Made by a program: the position numbers and the translations under genes
The notes under the pieces: generated by a model
Told to the model about the DNA's origin: nothing
The model's input: only the letters and a program-made list of their open reading frames with translations
Database searches by the model: none
From: Pseudohongiella sp.
GTDB lineage: Bacteria > Pseudomonadota > Gammaproteobacteria > Pseudomonadales > Pseudohongiellaceae
Direction: 5' to 3'
DNA: 64,000 nt
Assembly (NCBI GenBank): GCA_030651695.1
Contig: JAUSCD010000005.1
Location: 122,915 to 186,914 of the forward strand
Part shown: positions 59,730 to 64,000 of the stretch, piece after piece
Numbering within the stretch: position 1 is the first letter of the stretch
How the letters are laid out: the number at the start of each line of letters is the position of its first letter

Positions 59730-60176
59730 TTAGTGTCTGTCTGTGATCCGGTTCAGCGCGGCCTGCAACGCCAGGTCGTAACCTTGCGACCCAAGCCCGG
59801 TAATAGTGCCCGCTGCAATATCGGAAAAATATGAATGGTGTCGGAACGCTTCACGTTTATAGACATTGGACAGGTGAACTTCAATGAACGGAATGTCCAC
59901 AGCAAGCAGTGCATCGCGCAGCGCAACGCTGGTGTGAGTGAAAGCGCCGGGATTGAATACGATGAAGTTGATGCCTTCAAGACGCGCATCATGGATGCGA
60001 TCTATCAGTTCGTATTCTGCATTGCTTTGTAGATGTAGCAAATGATGGCCGGCATCGACGCAGGTGCTGCTGAGGCGTCGATTGATGTCATCCAGGGTTT
60101 CTGTGCCGTAAACCTGAGGCTCGCGGGTGCCCAGCAAGTTGAGATTGGGGCCGTGCAAGACAAGAATGGTAGCCAT
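59730..60176 (-). CDS. aroQ: Type II 3-dehydroquinate dehydratase
   Basis: [43 protein letters not shown]. Confidence 0.97.
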   Translation of the reverse strand: MATILVLHGPNLNLLGTREPQVYGTETLDDINRRLSSTCVDAGHHLLHLQSNAEYELIDRIHDARLEGINFIVFNPGAFTHTSVALRDALLAVDIPFIEVHLSNVYKREAFRHHSYFSDIAAGTITGLGSQGYDLALQAALNRITDRH

Positions 60177-60315
60177 GGTTTTGATCCGGTGAGCGGATGG
60201 TCTGCTTCTGAAGACGGCATTTTCTCAGATTTTTCTCTGATTATCACCACTGAATTGTGGCTTTTCTCTGATGTTTCGGTGAGTAGTATGACGCAGATGC
60301 CATAACTATGGCGCT

Positions 60316-60816
60316 TTATTGAGTGATTTCAACGTGGCGCACGGCTGGTGGGTAGCATAAGCCGGCTTCAGCGCAACCTTGAAAGCCGATTTCCAACAAA
60401 AATCGCTCAGGGCTGTCTATGGGAAGTCTGAGCGTGGAACGGGTTTGTTGATAATAAACGCTGGTTTTGCCAAAAAACTCGTCTTCGTGCGGCGTGCCCG
60501 CGGGCATCACAGGAATCAGCGTGCCACTGACCTCATCAGGTTCTGTTATTTTGAAGCTGAATTTATCGGCATAAAGGTAATAACCCGGAGCAATGGTCCA
60601 GTGTACGGTAACGTTTTCACTGCTATCCAGGCTGATGTAGAACGAAAATGCCTGATCAACATCCAGAAAGGCGGGGGTGGTGTCGAATGGGCTTTGGGCC
60701 ATCGCTGGCAGTTGCGACAAATTTACCGCAAACAACAACAGCACTCCGCAGAATAGCCCCGGAATGCCGTGTTTGTTGTATTTAAGCCTGATAGCGCTCA
60801 AAAACCAGTGTTGCAT
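60316..60816 (-). CDS. Stand-alone DsbD N-terminal (alpha) domain protein
   Basis: Signal peptide then [37 protein letters not shown], then stop; start uncertain (60816 overlaps the fabB end). Confidence 0.8.
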   Translation of the reverse strand: MQHWFLSAIRLKYNKHGIPGLFCGVLLLFAVNLSQLPAMAQSPFDTTPAFLDVDQAFSFYISLDSSENVTVHWTIAPGYYLYADKFSFKITEPDEVSGTLIPVMPAGTPHEDEFFGKTSVYYQQTRSTLRLPIDSPERFLLEIGFQGCAEAGLCYPPAVRHVEITQ

Positions 60817-62002
60817 TGGTACCGCCGAATCCGAAGCTGTTTGACATGATGCAATCAATCTTGACGTCATCAAGGCGTTTGGTAGCGATATTAAGACCTT
60901 CTGCTTCAGGAACAAGTTCCGTGATGTTGGCAGAAGCGCTGACGAAGCTGTGCTCCATCATCAGCAGGCTGTAGATAGCCTCCTGAGCTCCGGTGGCGCC
61001 CAGCGAGTGGCCAGTCAGAGACTTGGTTGAGGTAATAATCGGCGACTTGCCATCAAATATCTGTTTGATCGCGCCCAGTTCGGTGACGTCGCCCACTGGT
61101 GTGCTGGTGCCATGCGTATTAAGGTAGTCAACCGGCCGGCCAGAAGTGGTAGCCAGTGCCATCTTCATACAGCGTACGGCACCCTCTCCGGATGGCGCGA
61201 CCATGTCGTAACCATCTGATGTGGCGCCATATCCGGTAATCTCGCCATAGATCTTTGCGCCGCGTGCCAAGGCATGATCGAGAGCCTCGATAACCAGCAC
61301 AGCACCACCACCGGCTATCACGAAGCCGTCACGGGTGACGTCGTAGGGCCGCGAAGCCACAGTGGGTTCGTGATTGTGCGAGGTGGTCAGCGCACCCATA
61401 GCATCAAACAAATTGGTCAGTGTCCAGTGTTCAGACTCGCCGCCGCCGGCAAATACCACGTCCTGTTTGCCTAACTGAATCAGTTCCACCGCATTGCCGA
61501 TGCAATGTGCGCTGGTGGCGCAGGCCGAAGAAATTGAGTAATTCACGCCGCGGATTTTAAAGGGGGTGGCGAGACATGCTGATACTGTGCTGCCCATTGT
61601 GCGCGGAACACGATACGGCCCGATTTTGCGCAGGCCCTTGGTGCGCAGAATATCTGCCGCTTCCACCTGGTCTGCCGAGGATGAGCCGCCGGCGCCCATG
61701 ATGATACCGGTGCGATCATTCGAAACTTCCGACTCGCTCAGGCCGGCATCTTTTATAGCCTGATCCATCGCGATATAACCATACGCGGCCGCGTCACCCA
61801 TAAACCGCAGGTGTTTACGGTCAATATGGTCCTCAAAACTGATATTGACCCTGCCGGAAATATGAGCGCGCAGGCCCATTTCTTCATAGACGGGATTATA
61901 GCTGATGCCGCTGCGGCCTTCTTTGAGGGACTCCAGCACGGTCTGCTTGTCATTACCAATGCAGGACACAATACCAATACCGGTGACAACAACGCGTCTC
62001 AT
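60782..62002 (-). CDS. fabB: Beta-ketoacyl-ACP synthase I
   Basis: [51 protein letters not shown]. Confidence 0.96.
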   Translation of the reverse strand: MRRVVVTGIGIVSCIGNDKQTVLESLKEGRSGISYNPVYEEMGLRAHISGRVNISFEDHIDRKHLRFMGDAAAYGYIAMDQAIKDAGLSESEVSNDRTGIIMGAGGSSSADQVEAADILRTKGLRKIGPYRVPRTMGSTVSACLATPFKIRGVNYSISSACATSAHCIGNAVELIQLGKQDVVFAGGGESEHWTLTNLFDAMGALTTSHNHEPTVASRPYDVTRDGFVIAGGGAVLVIEALDHALARGAKIYGEITGYGATSDGYDMVAPSGEGAVRCMKMALATTSGRPVDYLNTHGTSTPVGDVTELGAIKQIFDGKSPIITSTKSLTGHSLGATGAQEAIYSLLMMEHSFVSASANITELVPEAEGLNIATKRLDDVKIDCIMSNSFGFGGTNATLVFERYQA

Positions 62003-62022
62003 AGTTACCTCGATCAATTCTT

Positions 62023-62550
62023 TCAGAATCTGCTTTCAGGTGTAAACAGGCCTACTTTCAGGCCTTTTGTGGTGTAAATCACTTTGCCGTCAACGGCGAC
62101 TGTGCCGTCCGCGATGCCCATCACCAGCTTACGCTCAATGATGCGGCTGAGCGAAATTTCGTAGGTGACCAATTTGGCGGTCGGCAGTATCTCGCCGCTG
62201 AATTTGACCTCGCCAGCTCCCAGCGCACGGCCTTTGCCCAAGTTTCCACGCCAGCCAAGATAAAAGCCAACCAGCTGCCACATGGCATCCAGGCCCAGGC
62301 AGCCCGGCATAACCGGATCTTCGGGAAAGTGGCAATCAAAAAACCACAGGTCAGGGTGAATATCGAGCTCGGCAATAATCTGACCTTTTCCGTGCTCACC
62401 ACCGTGGTCGTTGATATTGACGATTCTGTCCAGCATCAGCATATTGCCAATTGGCAGCTTTGCATTGCCCGGACCAAACATGCGGCCGTGACCGCAGTCC
62501 AGCAACTCGTCACGGTTATAGGAACTTTTAGGTGTAAATCCTGTATTCAT
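62023..62550 (-). CDS. fabA: 3-hydroxydecanoyl-ACP dehydratase/isomerase
   Basis: Start ATG 62550; LFG-like [46 protein letters not shown]. Confidence 0.96.
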   Translation of the reverse strand: MNTGFTPKSSYNRDELLDCGHGRMFGPGNAKLPIGNMLMLDRIVNINDHGGEHGKGQIIAELDIHPDLWFFDCHFPEDPVMPGCLGLDAMWQLVGFYLGWRGNLGKGRALGAGEVKFSGEILPTAKLVTYEISLSRIIERKLVMGIADGTVAVDGKVIYTTKGLKVGLFTPESRF

Positions 62551-62736
62551 AAGTGGTGAAAGGCACCTTGTTTTACTTGGCAGTTTTTCGAAGCGTGCAA
62601 GTTTATCGCGGCGAACCAAAATAATCGAACTATTTTGCCCTTACAGGTGTGACAGGACTATGGCCAAGGGGTCTGACGGCTGTTTGAAACACGTTTTACA
62701 AGGTAGACTTGGTTTTCTGATTAACAAGGATCTGAC

Positions 62737-64000
62737 ATGATTATCCCCGTCATTTTGGCCGGCGGCACTGGATCGCGCTTATGGCCACTTTCCCGACAGT
62801 TAAATCCCAAACAGTTTATGGCAGTGGCCGATTCCTCAGAGGGCAGCGGTGCTGCCACCGGTGTACGGCAGACTTTGTTCCAGGAGACCTTGCAGCGCCT
62901 GCAGGGTTTGCAGCAATTGACTTCACCTGTGGTCATCTGTCACGAGGATCACCGCTTTCTGGTAGCTGAGCAGTTACGTCAACTTGGCATTGATGACGCA
63001 GTCATTTTGCTTGAGCCCGCAGGGCGCAATACGGCGCCGGCAGTCACGATTGCTGCGCAAGTCATCAGATCGCTGGGTTTTGCTGACAATCTGCCCGCTG
63101 GTGAAAAGGCATTGATGCTGGTACTGCCTGCAGACCACATCATTCGCGCGCCAGAGGTGTTTCATGACTGTGTCCGGCTGGGCATGCAGCAGGCGAATGC
63201 CGGTAACCTGGTGACCTTTGGCATCAAACCCCAGTACGCAGAGACGGGTTACGGTTATATCCAGCGGGGCGAAGAGCTGGAGCGCGGAGCGTTCAAGGTG
63301 CAGCGTTTTGTTGAAAAACCAGACGCTGTCCGTGCACAACAGTATTTTGCTGGTGGTGATTACGACTGGAACAGTGGCATGTTTTTGTTTGAGCTGGACA
63401 GCTGGTTAAACGAGATTCAGCTGCATGCGCCGGCTATCGCTGCAAGTTGTCAGCAGGCGTGCGCGGACAGACGCTTTGATGGTGATTTTACACGTATCGA
63501 TGCATCGCTTTTCAAGGCCTGTCCATCCGATTCCATTGACTATGCCGTGATGGAAAAAACAGCTCATGCTGTAGTAGTGCCTATGGATGCGTCCTGGAAT
63601 GATCTGGGTGCATGGAGTTCACTGTGGGATATCAGTCAGCAAAAAACCGTCGATAACAATGTGCTGCGCGGTGACACGCATGTCATCAATGTGAAGGACA
63701 GTTATATCCGTGCTGATTCGCGTCTTGTGGTGGCAATTGGTATGCAGGATGCGGTGATTGTTGAAACCGCGGATGCTGTATTGGTTGCCAACCGGCATCA
63801 GGTGCAGGATGTCAAAAAAGCAGTGCAGTGGCTTGAGCAGCAACAGCGATCTGAGGCAAGCACACACACGCTGGTGTATCGGCCGTGGGGCTCGTACGAG
63901 TCGCTGGCAACCGGGCCGGGATTTCAGGTCAAACGAATACGGGTCAGGCCGGGTGCTTCACTTTCGCTGCAGATGCATCACAAGAGAGCTGAACACTGGG
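62737..64000 (+). CDS. manC: Mannose-1-phosphate guanylyltransferase / mannose-6-phosphate isomerase (3'-partial; not in the ORF track because it has no stop in the window)
   Basis: My translation from ATG 62737: MIIPVILAGGTGSRLWPLSRQLNPKQF, LLEPAGRNTAPA, LVTFGI..ETGYGYI, FVEKP, SIDYAVME, WNDLGAW, RPWGSY, LQMHHKRAEHW. Confidence 0.95.
   Translation, partial: MIIPVILAGGTGSRLWPLSRQLNPKQFMAVADSSEGSGAATGVRQTLFQETLQRLQGLQQLTSPVVICHEDHRFLVAEQLRQLGIDDAVILLEPAGRNTAPAVTIAAQVIRSLGFADNLPAGEKALMLVLPADHIIRAPEVFHDCVRLGMQQANAGNLVTFGIKPQYAETGYGYIQRGEELERGAFKVQRFVEKPDAVRAQQYFAGGDYDWNSGMFLFELDSWLNEIQLHAPAIAASCQQACADRRFDGDFTRIDASLFKACPSDSIDYAVMEKTAHAVVVPMDASWNDLGAWSSLWDISQQKTVDNNVLRGDTHVINVKDSYIRADSRLVVAIGMQDAVIVETADAVLVANRHQVQDVKKAVQWLEQQQRSEASTHTLVYRPWGSYESLATGPGFQVKRIRVRPGASLSLQMHHKRAEHW

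Noticed and set aside
62827-62870. Short insertion (DSSEGSGAATGVR) near the ManC N-terminus
   Set aside because: Probably a variable surface loop; catalytic motifs are unaffected.
1-64000. CRISPR arrays, tRNA/rRNA genes, integrases, transposases, defence systems, diversity-generating retroelement near mshQ
   Set aside because: No regularly spaced repeats, RNA-gene signatures, recombinase or reverse-transcriptase motifs, or near-identical template/variable repeat pair were visible by eye.

Overview
A 64-kb chromosomal window from a gammaproteobacterium (Pseudomonas-like synteny such as fabA-fabB, dsbD-aroQ-accBC-prmA-dusB-fis-purHD, ubiB-hisIE-tatABC and glnA/thiI; an aquatic Pseudohongiella-like organism is a guess I cannot verify). 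1-27 kb: the end of secB, trmL, then a complete MSHA-type type IV pilus locus (mshI, PilN-like, mshJKLMNEG, F-like, one large pilin, mshCDOP). The locus ends, after an inserted antisense DUF4177-like gene, in a giant 3856-aa MshQ-like adhesin. This adhesin is the most unusual element. It has three copies of a glycine-rich module of the kind typical of phage tail/adhesin proteins, six Cys/His-bearing Ig-like repeats, DUF3344-like, two DUF11-like, propeller-like and jelly-roll-like segments, and the MshQ C-terminal assembly domain. 27-64 kb is mostly housekeeping: Deg protease, ABC-F, a two-component pair, a GldAFG-like ABC system, ntrBC, glnA (sigma54 promoter and NtrC sites), thiI, typA, dtd, an OprC-like TonB receptor lacking the copper-binding Cys, tatABC, hisIE, ubiB, coq7, purDH (separated by an ERIC-like hairpin element), fis, dusB, prmA, accBC, aroQ, a stand-alone DsbD N-domain, fabAB and a 3'-partial manC. 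I found no rRNA, tRNA, CRISPR array or transposase. All family assignments come from motif recognition; no database search was run.
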